Origin: an uncultured Bacteriovoracaceae bacterium
GTDB taxonomy: Bacteria > Bdellovibrionota > UBA2428
Assembly: GCA_937952285.1 (NCBI GenBank)
Contig: CALFZE010000130.1
Coordinates: 18,282-82,281 of the forward strand
Direction of reading: 5' to 3'
Length of the DNA: 64,000 nucleotides
Part shown: piece after piece, positions 47,130-57,294 of the stretch
How positions within the stretch are numbered: position 1 is the stretch's first letter
Layout of the letters: the number at the start of each line of letters is the position of its first letter
Notes under the pieces: generated by a model
The model's database searches: none
Seen by the model: only the letters and a program-made list of their open reading frames with translations
Told to the model about the DNA's origin: nothing
Program-made: the position numbers and the translations under genes

Positions 47130-47660
47130 ATGCGATCCTTCACGCTTTGCCTCGGCCTCGCGTTCGCGTCCCTGACTTCGATCGGCGCCCGGGCGGAGAC
47201 TCCGATCCCGACCCGAAATCCCGTCGGAGAATCGACCAAGTTCAAGCGGCAGCCTCCCCAAACTTGGGTCGCGCTCGGGCTCCGCGAGGCCCAACGCATC
47301 GCCCGCGCGATGGCCATCGTCCGGACCGCGCCGTACCGAGAGCATTTTGCCGCGATCTCGGCCGCCCTTTCCCACGCCGAAGTCGTTTGGAAAGAAACGG
47401 GGGACTATCCGGCTTGCGGCGCCAAGACGATGGCCTACGTCCTCGGGCGCGAACCCCGTATCCACCTCTGCGCGATCGTGATGCGACACCCGGACTTCGG
47501 GGTCGACGCGCTCGCGCAGACCCTGATTCACGAGGGCGCCCACCTCGCGGGCTTCCGCCGCGAGTGCGACGCGACGAAACTCGAGATCGCGGCCGTGCGC
47601 TTCGTCACGGACGGGCTCGCCTACCGCAATGCCTACATGCCAGGCTGCGGGCTTCGCTGA
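47130..47660 (+). CDS. Small secreted protein with an HExxH motif (putative metallopeptidase-like)
   Basis: Signal peptide plus LIHEGAHLAG. Confidence 0.5.
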   Translation: MRSFTLCLGLAFASLTSIGARAETPIPTRNPVGESTKFKRQPPQTWVALGLREAQRIARAMAIVRTAPYREHFAAISAALSHAEVVWKETGDYPACGAKTMAYVLGREPRIHLCAIVMRHPDFGVDALAQTLIHEGAHLAGFRRECDATKLEIAAVRFVTDGLAYRNAYMPGCGLR

Positions 47661-47662
47661 GC

Positions 47663-48370
47663 TTAGGCGACCGTCGCGCCGAAGAGACGGCCGATGAGCG
47701 CCGTCGCCGCCATCGCGAAGGCCCCCCAAAAGCCGACGCGCGCGGCCCCCCGCCAAGGGCTCGCGCCGCCGACCCGCGCGGCGAGCGCGCCCAGCGCCAA
47801 GAGACAGACGAGCGACGCGCCCGACGCGTAAAGCCCGAGGCGTTCCATCGGCGCCCAAATCGCGATCGCGAGCGGGAGCGCGGCGCCGACGGCAAAAGTT
47901 CCCGCCGAAGCGACGGCCGCTTGGAGCGGGCGCGCCATGCCGAAATCCGTGATCCCGAGCTCGTCCCGGGCGTGCGCCCCGAGAGCGTCGTGCCGGGTGA
48001 GCTGTTCGGCGACTTGACGGGCCAGCTCGGGCGTCAGGCCGCGGGCGACGTAGATCGCTTTGAGCTCTTCGAGCTCATGCTCGGGGCTCTCGACGAGTTC
48101 GCGACGCTCGACGGCCAAATCGGCCCGCTCCGTATCGGCCTGGGAACTCACCGAGACGTATTCCCCCGCCGCCATCGACAGCGCGCCCGCCACGAGACCG
48201 GCCACCCCGCTCAGAAGAATCTCTTCGCGCCCCGAGGCGGCCGCGGCCACGCCGACCACGAGACTGGCGGTCGAAACGATCCCGTCGTTGGCGCCCAGGA
48301 CGGCGGCGCGCAACCACCCGACGCGATCCGTCCGGTGACGTTCGGAATGACGTAAAGTTCCCGTCGACAT
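47663..48370 (-). CDS. VIT1/CCC1-family Fe/Mn transporter
   Basis: 235 aa with the N-terminal LGANDGIVSTASLVVGVA motif and five TM helices. Confidence 0.8.
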   Translation of the reverse strand: MSTGTLRHSERHRTDRVGWLRAAVLGANDGIVSTASLVVGVAAAASGREEILLSGVAGLVAGALSMAAGEYVSVSSQADTERADLAVERRELVESPEHELEELKAIYVARGLTPELARQVAEQLTRHDALGAHARDELGITDFGMARPLQAAVASAGTFAVGAALPLAIAIWAPMERLGLYASGASLVCLLALGALAARVGGASPWRGAARVGFWGAFAMAATALIGRLFGATVA

Positions 48371-48523
48371 GGCTCGAGCTTAACCGAGAAATCCCGTCTT
48401 CGCCGCCCCGCCCGCGCCGTTCTAAGCCCCGGAACCTTTTTCCTTTCGAGCTTCGTCCGAGAATGTCCGTTCTGGCGGGGCCCCTAACCCGACTAAAGCG
48501 GGCCTACCAAAGGAGCCCTTCCC

Positions 48524-49636
48524 ATGACCCGAATGATTCTGACTTCCGCCCTCTTGACCCTTTCCTCCCTCGCGCACGCCGCCCTGGACACCCGCGGCGT
48601 CCGGATCGACGAGCAATGGTACGTCCAAAGCCTGCAGACCGCGAAGGTCGTTCCCCACTTCGAAGGCCCGAGCGACGCGCTCGCGGACTCGTTCCGCGAG
48701 CCGCTGGCGATCTTCGACGAGAGCGTGCCCCGACTCCTCGCGCTCAAGTTGAGCGCCCTCCTCGAGAAGGAGCCCCTCCTCGGGGGCATCCTGCGTCAAG
48801 CCCTGCTGATGATGACCTGGGACGTCGCCGGCCACGCGACCTTCGAACCCGTCACGGGCGCCGAGAGTCCCGCCGCGCCCACCGGCCGGGTCCTCGTGAT
48901 CGCCCGTCGGATCAAGCGCACGGTCTACGTTCGCGACGGCGTGCTCGAACGCATGTCCGCTCCCCAGCAAGCCGCCCTCGTGCTGCAGCAGGCTTTGCTC
49001 GCGACGCTGAACCCGCGCGCCATCGCCCTCCAAAGCGACAAAGAGCTCTACGAGCAAGATCCCGCCGGCGCGAACGCCGTGCTCGCGATCCTTCTGCCCC
49101 AGGACTGGGCCGCGCGCCTGGACGACCAACGAAACGTCGCGGTGCTCGACCGCTACTTCCTGAACCGCGACGTCGACGCCGCCTACGTCTCGAAGGACGG
49201 CACGAAAGCCTTCACGACGTCGATCTGGCGCGAATCGCGGGTGTCCGGCGGCGCCGGTTGGGTCGGCCTCAGCTTCCCCGGCCTGGGCCAAGACTGGAAC
49301 CAAGGCCTCGAAGGCCTCATCGGGCGCTACTGCCAGAACGTGAGCGGCGCCAACTCGGTCGGGCTTGACGAGCTCTCGTCGCCTTCGGCCGCCTACACGC
49401 CGAAGTGGCAAGGCTACCGCTCCTTCGAAGGTCGCGAGGAATTCCAGCTCCGTTGGTCCGGCGTCCACATCACGTCGACGATCTACGAGCGGCGGGCGAA
49501 CGTGCGCAAGATCGACACGGCCTTTTCGAGCGTCGCCGCTTGTCGCCAGGTCTTCCGTCGTTACCGTGACCTCCCGGCCTGGGCCGGCGAAAGCCTCGCC
49601 GAGTTCGGCGTTCGCTTCGAACGCGATTTCCGCTGA
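48524..49636 (+). CDS. Secreted hypothetical protein (370 aa)
   Basis: Signal peptide MTRMILTSALLTLSSLAHA; RBS AAAGGAG. Confidence 0.55.
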   Translation: MTRMILTSALLTLSSLAHAALDTRGVRIDEQWYVQSLQTAKVVPHFEGPSDALADSFREPLAIFDESVPRLLALKLSALLEKEPLLGGILRQALLMMTWDVAGHATFEPVTGAESPAAPTGRVLVIARRIKRTVYVRDGVLERMSAPQQAALVLQQALLATLNPRAIALQSDKELYEQDPAGANAVLAILLPQDWAARLDDQRNVAVLDRYFLNRDVDAAYVSKDGTKAFTTSIWRESRVSGGAGWVGLSFPGLGQDWNQGLEGLIGRYCQNVSGANSVGLDELSSPSAAYTPKWQGYRSFEGREEFQLRWSGVHITSTIYERRANVRKIDTAFSSVAACRQVFRRYRDLPAWAGESLAEFGVRFERDFR

Positions 49637-49687
49637 GCCGGCGGGCCTTGCGGTTCGGGGGATTCCGGGGGACCCTGAAGGGATCGC

Positions 49688-50455
49688 ATGTTCACGCACC
49701 GAATCGACCAACCCTCGGACCGCAAGGCTTCCTTGAACTGGCTCCTGCTCGGGTTCAACGGCGGCTTCATCAACGCCGGCGGTTTTCTCGTCACGGGACG
49801 CTTCGTGACGCACGTGACGGGCTTCGCGACGCTCTTCGGCGTCGACTCCGTCCAACACGGCTGGGACGAGGCGCTGGGGATCCTTTCCGTCCCGCTTTTC
49901 TTTCTGGGAGGCTCCTTCCTCGCGGGCTGGCTCATCGACCGACGCGCCTTCCGGGGCGAGGCCCCGCACTACGACTACGTCATGGCGCTTTGCGCGGGCG
50001 CCCTGCTCGTGGCGGCCTTCGCGACTTCCTTCACGCATTTCGTCCCCTTCGGCGAGACTTTGCGGGTGAAAGAGGTCTACCTCGTGCTCGCGGCGCTCTG
50101 CCTCGCGAGTGGATTGCAGAACGCGGCCCTGACTTCTTCGTCGGGAAACTCCGTCCGGACGACGCACCTGACGGGCATCACCACCGACTTGGGACTCGGG
50201 CTCGCCCGGCTCCTCTCGCTCGGCTCCCGGGACGAGCGGGCCGCGCGTGAGCGCCACGCGAATCGGCTGCGCGCCGGCACGATCCTCGCTTTCATCGCCG
50301 GCTCGGCCGTGGGCGCCTGGGTCTTTTTCCACACACGCTACGTCGGCTTTCTGATCCCGGCCTTCATCGCCGCCACCGCCGCGTGGCAGGGTCGCCGGAC
50401 GAAGCTCCGCCTTCGGGCCGCCCTGGGCGCTTCCCCTTCCCGTGAAGACGCATGA
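49688..50455 (+). CDS. DUF1275/YoaK-family membrane protein
   Basis: Six TM helices and N-terminal LLLGFNGGFINAGGFL. Confidence 0.65.
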   Translation: MFTHRIDQPSDRKASLNWLLLGFNGGFINAGGFLVTGRFVTHVTGFATLFGVDSVQHGWDEALGILSVPLFFLGGSFLAGWLIDRRAFRGEAPHYDYVMALCAGALLVAAFATSFTHFVPFGETLRVKEVYLVLAALCLASGLQNAALTSSSGNSVRTTHLTGITTDLGLGLARLLSLGSRDERAARERHANRLRAGTILAFIAGSAVGAWVFFHTRYVGFLIPAFIAATAAWQGRRTKLRLRAALGASPSREDA

Positions 50456-51246
50456 GCCCCGAAGCCGTCGTCCGCGACATCGAGCTCCGTTCGATCCTGG
50501 CGTTGTCGCCCCTCGAGATGGCCAAAGTGATCCTCTCCGGCGCGGACTACCATCCCGGCCTCTGGCGCGAATCCCCGGCCTGGGAGCAGATCCGCCACGA
50601 CGAACGCTACATGAAGTGGATCAACTTTCTGGAGATGCTCCAGCTTTCGCACAAAGGTCGCCGCTGGACGAAATCCCAGTGGGGCGCGGCGCACGCGCAC
50701 GTCCACCGGCTCGCCTACGGGCCGAAGAGCCGGGGCGATCTCCAAGCCTCGCCTTCCGAACGGATCAACGCGAGCCGCGCGGCGATCCGCCGGGCCATCC
50801 GGCATCGCTTCGACGAAGCCCGGTCGATCTCGCTCGTTTGCGTCGACGTCGAGACGGCTTACGAGTCCCTCTCGCCCGGCGAAAGCTACTACTTCATGGG
50901 CAGCGTCCTGCGCTTCGATCGGGACCGGTTTCGGGTCGGCTACGATCACGTCAAGGGCACGGCGACGCTCGACCTTGCGGTCGGCTTCGACGAAGTCTCG
51001 GACTTCGTCGCGCGAAGCTTCGGTCCCCGGCGTTTTTCCGACCTCTTTCTGAAGGCCGAAGTCGTGGCCCACGTCCATTTTTCGGAGGACGACGGGGGCC
51101 GCGTCGAAGCCGGAAACTTCGACGAAAGCGCGTGGACGAGGTTCTCCTTCTCGAGTCCGATCCTCGCCGCGGCGGAGCGCGAGATCCAGTCTCCGATCCG
51201 CTTCGCGCAACCTTTGGCGGTGAGCGATGTCACGCGACTTGTTTGA
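50452..51246 (+). CDS. Hypothetical protein (264 aa)
   Basis: ATGA overlap with the upstream gene; globular composition. Confidence 0.5.
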   Translation: MSPEAVVRDIELRSILALSPLEMAKVILSGADYHPGLWRESPAWEQIRHDERYMKWINFLEMLQLSHKGRRWTKSQWGAAHAHVHRLAYGPKSRGDLQASPSERINASRAAIRRAIRHRFDEARSISLVCVDVETAYESLSPGESYYFMGSVLRFDRDRFRVGYDHVKGTATLDLAVGFDEVSDFVARSFGPRRFSDLFLKAEVVAHVHFSEDDGGRVEAGNFDESAWTRFSFSSPILAAAEREIQSPIRFAQPLAVSDVTRLV

Positions 51247-51634
51247 GCTCGTTCGGCTCGCGAAGGACGAAGCCCTCGCGGCCGGCGTCGTCGGGCACGA
51301 AGGATCCCGGCTCCGGGTGCTCTTCTCGGAGCTTCGTCGCTGGCATTCCCCGACGGAGTGGATCGTCTTCTACCGGCACGCGGGCACCTACTACTACCCA
51401 CTCGCCTTCGAATTCCGCTCGGTGAACAACAACCTGCTGCACTTGGTCCTGGAACTCGGGATCCGGGACTTCGACGTCTTGGCGAGCTTCGTACAGGATT
51501 CCCTGCAGAGGCACGAGCGCCTCGAAACCGTCGTGCGCGCGCTCGTCGTGGAGATGCCGTCGGAGCCCCCCTATGCGGTGCCGCTCCGAGACTTCTCCAT
51601 TTCCGAGGCGCTCCGCGATCTCGTCTACTTGTGA
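51227..51634 (+). CDS. Hypothetical protein (135 aa)
   Basis: Overlaps the upstream ORF by 20 nt; same strand. Confidence 0.4.
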   Translation: MSRDLFELVRLAKDEALAAGVVGHEGSRLRVLFSELRRWHSPTEWIVFYRHAGTYYYPLAFEFRSVNNNLLHLVLELGIRDFDVLASFVQDSLQRHERLETVVRALVVEMPSEPPYAVPLRDFSISEALRDLVYL

Positions 51635-52929
51635 GCGTCCTTGAGCTCCGAAACGCGGACCGGGATCTGGAAGGACTTCTCGATCGCGATCTTCGCCTTG
51701 ATGAACTCGATCTTCAGTTCGGAGCGGCGCTTCTTGGCCTCGAGCCAGGTTTCCTCGGCGCCCTTGACGTCGGCCCCGTTCTTCACGCCCCGACCGAACT
51801 CGGCCAGCGTGGAGCGGTAGAGCCGCTCGGCCCGGGCTTCGTTGCTCACCTCGATGTCCACGCGTTGGGTGATCGACTGCAGTTTGCGGATGCCCGACTC
51901 GACCTCGGCCATGCCGCCGAGGAGCGCCTGCTTGGCGTTGAATTCGTCGCGTCGTAGCTCGGCCTCGGCCCGCGCGCCTTCCGCGCTCGTGCGGAAACCC
52001 GAAAAAAGCTCCCAGGAAGCCATCACCCCCGCCGAATAACTCACCCGCTCGCCGTCGAAACGATCGGCCAAAGGTAAAGCCCCGAAGCGGGCCTCGACGT
52101 CGAGCTTGGGCATCCACCCCGCCCGCGACGCCTTGAGCGCCGCGAGCGATCCCTGCGCCGTCAGGCTGGCCTGCCGCACGCTCTCGCTCCTCTCCTTCAC
52201 GAGGGCCAAGTAGGAATCGACCGTCCCCTCGAGGTGCCAATGCGGAAGCTCGCCGCGCGGCTCGAAGCCCATCCCGAGCTCCGGCCCGAGGCGTCGCACG
52301 AGACTCAGCTTGATCTCGTCGAGCTCCTGCTTCGTTCGATTGAGTTCGGACAGCAGCGAAGAATCCCGGAGCTCGAAATCCATGAGATCCGACTCGGAGG
52401 AAAGTCCCGAAGCCTTGCGCCGTTTGACCGCCCCCAGGTGCTTCGCGTTCAGCTCGATCGACTCCGCCACGTAGTCGTGGACGCGCTTCTTGAAGAGGTA
52501 GTCGTAAAAGAGGCCTTCGACCTCGAGCCGAAGCTCGTTCACGGCCTGCTCGTAGCGGCTTTCGGAGAGCTGCCGGAGCGTGTCGGCTCGCCGACCTTCG
52601 TTACGATCGGCGAGCCCATTGAAAAGGTTCCAACGGCCGTAGACGAAGCCGACGGGCGCCGACTCCCGCGCGCCCGCGCTCCCTTCGACCTCGAAGCCCC
52701 CGGCGACGCCGAGCTTCGGGTAGAAGTTCGAGCGCGACGAACGAAGCGCGGCCGCCTGGACCGAGACCTCCGCCTTCAAAGCCTGCACCCCGAAGTTGTT
52801 CGCGACGGCGTAGGCTTTGGCGTCTTCGACGCCGACGTAGCGGACGCCCGGCTCCGCTCCCCACGCGAGGGACGAAGCGAGGGTACCCAGGACCAAGGCC
52901 AGTCGTCCAAGCGGCTCCATAGGCTTCAC
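51625..52929 (-). CDS. Outer-membrane efflux protein (TolC/CzcC-like OMF)
   Basis: 434 aa with a signal peptide and two tandem OEP repeats rich in coiled-coil heptads. Confidence 0.75.
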   Translation of the reverse strand: MKPMEPLGRLALVLGTLASSLAWGAEPGVRYVGVEDAKAYAVANNFGVQALKAEVSVQAAALRSSRSNFYPKLGVAGGFEVEGSAGARESAPVGFVYGRWNLFNGLADRNEGRRADTLRQLSESRYEQAVNELRLEVEGLFYDYLFKKRVHDYVAESIELNAKHLGAVKRRKASGLSSESDLMDFELRDSSLLSELNRTKQELDEIKLSLVRRLGPELGMGFEPRGELPHWHLEGTVDSYLALVKERSESVRQASLTAQGSLAALKASRAGWMPKLDVEARFGALPLADRFDGERVSYSAGVMASWELFSGFRTSAEGARAEAELRRDEFNAKQALLGGMAEVESGIRKLQSITQRVDIEVSNEARAERLYRSTLAEFGRGVKNGADVKGAEETWLEAKKRRSELKIEFIKAKIAIEKSFQIPVRVSELKDAHK

Positions 52930-52932
52930 TCC

Positions 52933-53358
52933 TCAGTTTCTTTCGACTTTGTAGGCCACGCTGTCGGCCTTGCCGTTGATCTTGAAGGCGACCTTGAGCG
53001 TGTAGAGGTGGCTCTTCTTGGGATCGAAGCTCGTCTCGAAGTGATCCGCGTTCGACTTGAGCACGAGCTTCGTGACGACGGGCTTCGCGTTCTTGGCCGG
53101 CACGACCTCGGCCGTCGCCTCGACGTCCGAGAGCGCCGTCATCGGCAACGCCTTCGTCTTGCCGTCGTAGGGATAAATTTTGAGGACGTTGCCGATGCGA
53201 ACGAGCTCGAGGTAGCCGCCCAGCGCGGGCTGGATCTCGCCGCCCTTGGGCGCCGCGACGGCGCCGGGAACGCCGTGATCGTGCCCCTCGCCGGCCGCGG
53301 CCGAGAAGCCGCCACCCAGGATGGCCAACAGTGCGATCGTCGAAGACAATTTTTTCAT
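52933..53358 (-). CDS. Small periplasmic protein (141 aa) encoded between the RND pump and the OMF
   Basis: The start MKKLSSTIALLAILGG is preceded by AAAGGAGAGAAA, 10 nt after the RND pump's TAA. It has a signal peptide and an N-terminal GEGHDHG. Confidence 0.55.
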   Translation of the reverse strand: MKKLSSTIALLAILGGGFSAAAGEGHDHGVPGAVAAPKGGEIQPALGGYLELVRIGNVLKIYPYDGKTKALPMTALSDVEATAEVVPAKNAKPVVTKLVLKSNADHFETSFDPKKSHLYTLKVAFKINGKADSVAYKVERN

Positions 53359-53368
53359 TTTCTCTCCT

Positions 53369-56300
53369 TTATTCATTTCCTTCGTCCTCCCCTCGGAGGA
53401 CGCTTCTTTCGGACGCCTTCCGGGCGAAGGCGTAGAACGCGGTGGGCGTGACGACGAAATCCAGGATCGTCGAGCTCAGCAGACCGCCGACGATGACGAC
53501 CGCCACGGGGTGAAGGATCTCGCTCCCGGGTTGTCCCTTCGCGAAGACGAGCGGCATCAAGCCGAGCGCGGCCGTGAGGGCCGTCATCAAGACGGGAATG
53601 AGCCGCTCGAGCGATCCGCGGATGACCATCTCCTTCGTGAACTTCTCGCCCTCGTGCTTCATGAGGTGCAAGTAGTGCGAGATCATCATGATCCCGTTGC
53701 GGCTCGCGATCCCGCAGAGGGTCACGAGGCCGATGAGGCTCGCCACCGAGAAGACGCGATCGATCGCGAAGAGCGAATAGAGCCCGCCCATAAAGGCGAG
53801 CGGGACCGTGAGCATGATCTGCGCCGTGATCATCGCCGACTTGAAATGCGCGAAGAGCACGAAGGCGATGCCGAGTACGCTCACCAAGCTGAACAATACG
53901 ATCCGGCGCGTCGCCGAGCGCTGGGCCTCGAACTGGCCGCCGTACGCGACGTAGTAGCCTTCGGGGAGCTCGACCTTCTCCTGCACCCGCCGTTGGATGC
54001 TCTCCACGACGCTGCCGAGGTCGCGGCCGGCCACGTTGCCGTAGACCACGATGCGTCGCATGCCGTTCTCGCGGTTGACCTGGTTCGGTCCGCTCGACTC
54101 GTAGACGTCCGCGATCATGTCGAGGGTCACGCGCCGGCCGTCGGGCATCGTCTTGAAGGGCGTATTCTTCATGAGCTCCAGGTTGCCGCGCGAGACGTCG
54201 TCAAAACGGTAGAAGACGTCGTAGACTTTCTGGTCCTCGATGACCTGCGAAACGATGCGGCCGCCGAAGGCGAGCTCGAGCATCTTGGAGACCTCGCCCA
54301 CGTTGAGACCGTAGCGCAGCGTCTCCTCGCGCAGGAGATGGATCTTGACCTGGGGAATGAGGGCCTGCTGCTCGACGTTCAGATCGACGAGCCCCTCGAT
54401 ATCCTGGATCGCCCCGCGAAGCTCGGCCGCCTTGACCCGTAGCATGGCGAGGTCGCTCCCGAAGATCTTGATGGCGAGCTGGGCGTTCACGCCCGACAGG
54501 AGGTGATCGAGCCGGTGCGAGATCGGCTGGCCGATGTTGACCGCGACGTTCGGGATGGCTTCCAGGTTCTCGCGCAGCTCGTCGAGGATGGCCTCGCGTG
54601 AGCGCGTCGCGTCCTTGCGGAAGGAGACGTCGATCTCGGAGACGTTAACGCCTTCGGCGTGCTCGTCGAGCTCGGCCCGGCCCGTCCGGCGCGAAACGAA
54701 CTTCACTTCGGGGGTCTTCAGGATCAGGTTTTCGGCCTCGGAGCCAATCGCGTTCGATCGCTCGAGCGAGGTTCCCGGCACCGAAACGACCGAGACCATG
54801 GCCGTGCCTTCGTTGAACTTCGGCAGGAAGTCCTTGCCCATGAAGGGGAGCAACGCGATCGAGCCGAGGAACATCACAAAGGCGACCGACAGCACTTTTT
54901 TCGGGTGATCGAGCGCCCACTCCAGGATGCGGCGATCGAAGGCCTTGAGCTTCGTGACGATCTTCGTCTCGTGGTGTTCCTTGAACTCCGCGTTCCGGAA
55001 GAAGAAAGAACAGAGCACGGGCGTCACGGTGAGCGACACGAGAAGCGACGCGCCCAGCGCCGTCACGTAAGCGATGGCGAGCGGGGTGAAGAGACGACCC
55101 TCGAGTCCATCCAGCGCGAAGAGCGGGATGAAGACGAGCGCGATGATGACCGTCGCGAGGACGATCGAGTTGCGAACCTCGCTCGACGCCTCGAAGACGA
55201 TCTTGAGGATCGACCGCTTGGCGCCCGCGGCCCGGTTCTCCTTGAGACGCCGAAAGACGTTCTCGACGTCGACGATGGCGTCGTCCACGACCTCGCCCAC
55301 GGCGATGGCGAGACCCCCGAGGGTCATCGTATTCACCGAAAGCCCGAAGAGCTCGAAGACGATCGCCGTCACGAGGAAGGACAGCGGAATGGCCGTGAGC
55401 GTGATGGCCGTCATGCGGAGGTTCGCCAGGAAGAGCAGCAGGATGACCGTCACGAGGATGCTGCCGTACTTGAGCTTGCCCTTGACGCCCGCGATCGAGA
55501 CCTCGATGAAGTCCGACTGCTTGAAGATCTCCGGGTTCACTTCGACGCCCTTCGGAAGCGTCCGTTGGATCTCGGCGATGGCCGCGTCGACCCGCTCCGT
55601 GAGCGCGACGGTATCCGTGCCGGGTTGTTTTTGGATCGACATCACGACGGCGGGCTTGGCCATGAAGGAACCGTCCCCGCGCTTGGTGCGCGGGCCGATC
55701 TTCACTTCGGCGACGTCCTTGATGAGGATTGAGCGGCCCAGGTGAACGCCGATGACCGTGTTCTCGATATCCTCGACGCTCTTCACGGCGCCGATGTTGC
55801 GGACAAGAAACTCCTTCTGATCCTTATCCAAGAAGCCGCCCGTCGTGTTCGTACCGACGTGACCCAGGTACTCGTCGAGCGCCTGCAGGTCGAGCTGGTA
55901 GTTCTTGAGCTTGGTCGCCGAGAAAAGGATCTGGTACTGCTTGAGCCCGCCCCCGATCGAGATGACCTGGGCGATGCCCGGGATCGTGAGGAGCCGGGGC
56001 CGGATCGTCCACTCCGCCAGGGTCCGCAGGTCGAGGGGCGTGACTTCGGGGTTGCTCGAGGACAACGCGATCGTCTGGATCTGCCCCATGATCGAGCTGA
56101 TCGGCCCCATCACGGGCTGGATCCCCTCGGGAAAATGCTCCGCCGCGACCGCGAGTTTCTCCGCGACGAGCTGCCGGTTGCGGAAGATGTCCGTTCCCCA
56201 GTCGAACTCGACGTAGACCACGGACAGGCCGACGCCCGACGACGAGCGGATCCGCTGCACCCCGGGGAGGCCGTTCAGGTTCGACTCGAGCGGCAAGGTC

Positions 56301-56494
56301 ACGAGCGTCTCGACCTCCTCGGGCGCCATGCCACCCGCCTCGGTCATGATCGTCACGGTCGGCCGGTTCAAATCCGGAAAGACGTCGATGGGAAGTTTGA
56401 AGAGCGTGGCCCCGCCCCATACGACGATCAGCGCCACGAGGGCGAGAACGACGAGCCGGTGCCGAAGGGCCGCCTTGATGATGAGATCTAACAT
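53369..56494 (-). CDS. Heavy-metal-efflux RND transporter permease (CzcA/CusA family)
   Basis: 1041 aa with 12 TM helices and two large periplasmic loops. N-terminus MLDLIIKAALRHRLVVLALVALIVVWG...DVFPDL. Confidence 0.9.
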   Translation of the reverse strand: MLDLIIKAALRHRLVVLALVALIVVWGGATLFKLPIDVFPDLNRPTVTIMTEAGGMAPEEVETLVTLPLESNLNGLPGVQRIRSSSGVGLSVVYVEFDWGTDIFRNRQLVAEKLAVAAEHFPEGIQPVMGPISSIMGQIQTIALSSSNPEVTPLDLRTLAEWTIRPRLLTIPGIAQVISIGGGLKQYQILFSATKLKNYQLDLQALDEYLGHVGTNTTGGFLDKDQKEFLVRNIGAVKSVEDIENTVIGVHLGRSILIKDVAEVKIGPRTKRGDGSFMAKPAVVMSIQKQPGTDTVALTERVDAAIAEIQRTLPKGVEVNPEIFKQSDFIEVSIAGVKGKLKYGSILVTVILLLFLANLRMTAITLTAIPLSFLVTAIVFELFGLSVNTMTLGGLAIAVGEVVDDAIVDVENVFRRLKENRAAGAKRSILKIVFEASSEVRNSIVLATVIIALVFIPLFALDGLEGRLFTPLAIAYVTALGASLLVSLTVTPVLCSFFFRNAEFKEHHETKIVTKLKAFDRRILEWALDHPKKVLSVAFVMFLGSIALLPFMGKDFLPKFNEGTAMVSVVSVPGTSLERSNAIGSEAENLILKTPEVKFVSRRTGRAELDEHAEGVNVSEIDVSFRKDATRSREAILDELRENLEAIPNVAVNIGQPISHRLDHLLSGVNAQLAIKIFGSDLAMLRVKAAELRGAIQDIEGLVDLNVEQQALIPQVKIHLLREETLRYGLNVGEVSKMLELAFGGRIVSQVIEDQKVYDVFYRFDDVSRGNLELMKNTPFKTMPDGRRVTLDMIADVYESSGPNQVNRENGMRRIVVYGNVAGRDLGSVVESIQRRVQEKVELPEGYYVAYGGQFEAQRSATRRIVLFSLVSVLGIAFVLFAHFKSAMITAQIMLTVPLAFMGGLYSLFAIDRVFSVASLIGLVTLCGIASRNGIMMISHYLHLMKHEGEKFTKEMVIRGSLERLIPVLMTALTAALGLMPLVFAKGQPGSEILHPVAVVIVGGLLSSTILDFVVTPTAFYAFARKASERSVLRGEDEGNE

Positions 56495-56521
56495 TCTATT
56501 CCTCGCCGATTTCGGAGGCCG

Positions 56522-57292
56522 TTAGAGAAGGACGCGAAGACCGAGCTCGATCGACCACGCCCGCAGGGGCGCGCTCGCCGACAATCCGCGGTGGATCGCC
56601 CCGGACAACGTGATTCCGTCAAGCCAAGCGTCGGGGGCCCGCGACGAAGCCGCCGTCTCGAAAAGGCTCAGGCCCCCCCGCAGCGCGAGGTTCGGGATCC
56701 AGTAGCCTTGGTCCATGCCGTCGAGCGCGCCGCTCTGGTAGAAGAACTGCGCCCCCAACGACGGCGCCAGGAAGGCCGTGACCGCCGGGGCCGCGCGAAG
56801 CGGGTGGCTCACGCGCACGCCCGCCGCCAGGGGCAACGCGTGCACGCTCACGAAGTCCTTGAGCACGGCGCTCTGCGCCGAAACCACGTCGACGAGCGCC
56901 TCGCGCATCCCGTAACCCACCGCGACGAACGGCTCGACGCCGAATCCCCGCGCGTCGAACTTCTTCGACGCCGAGATCTGCACCGAGGGAAGCGCGCCCA
57001 TCTGCGAAGCGTAGTCGACCGAGAAGAAAGCGTTCGACAGCTCGAGCGCCGACCACGAGAGGTACGAGGCGCCGAACTCCAGATGGAAGGGACTCGCCTC
57101 GCGCGCGAGGGAAGCGTCCATCTCCCGCGCGGATCGCGAAAAGAGGCTCCGGAAGTTGGATTCGTCGACCGCGATGCCGGGCGTCGCCGGCGCTGCGGCG
57201 GGCGCCGCGGCCTTGGGCTTTTCGCGGGCGCCGACGGGAAGCGCGAAGAACGCGCCCAGACCCAAGGCGATGACTCGTTGACGAGCAAACAT
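56522..57292 (-). CDS. Small outer-membrane beta-barrel-like protein (256 aa)
   Basis: The start MFARQRVIALGLGAFFALPVGA was verified at 57292-57290. It shows alternating amphipathic strands and ends LGLRVLL. The track ORF begins 66 nt upstream. Confidence 0.5.
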   Translation of the reverse strand: MFARQRVIALGLGAFFALPVGAREKPKAAAPAAAPATPGIAVDESNFRSLFSRSAREMDASLAREASPFHLEFGASYLSWSALELSNAFFSVDYASQMGALPSVQISASKKFDARGFGVEPFVAVGYGMREALVDVVSAQSAVLKDFVSVHALPLAAGVRVSHPLRAAPAVTAFLAPSLGAQFFYQSGALDGMDQGYWIPNLALRGGLSLFETAASSRAPDAWLDGITLSGAIHRGLSASAPLRAWSIELGLRVLL

Positions 57293-57294
57293 GA

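Noticed and set aside
56522-57292. Candidate membrane fusion protein for the RND pump.
   Set aside because: There is no coiled-coil hairpin and no lipoyl/beta-barrel MFP signature, and the protein is far shorter than MFPs. Its alternating amphipathic strands and C-terminal LGLRVLL fit a small outer-membrane beta-barrel instead.
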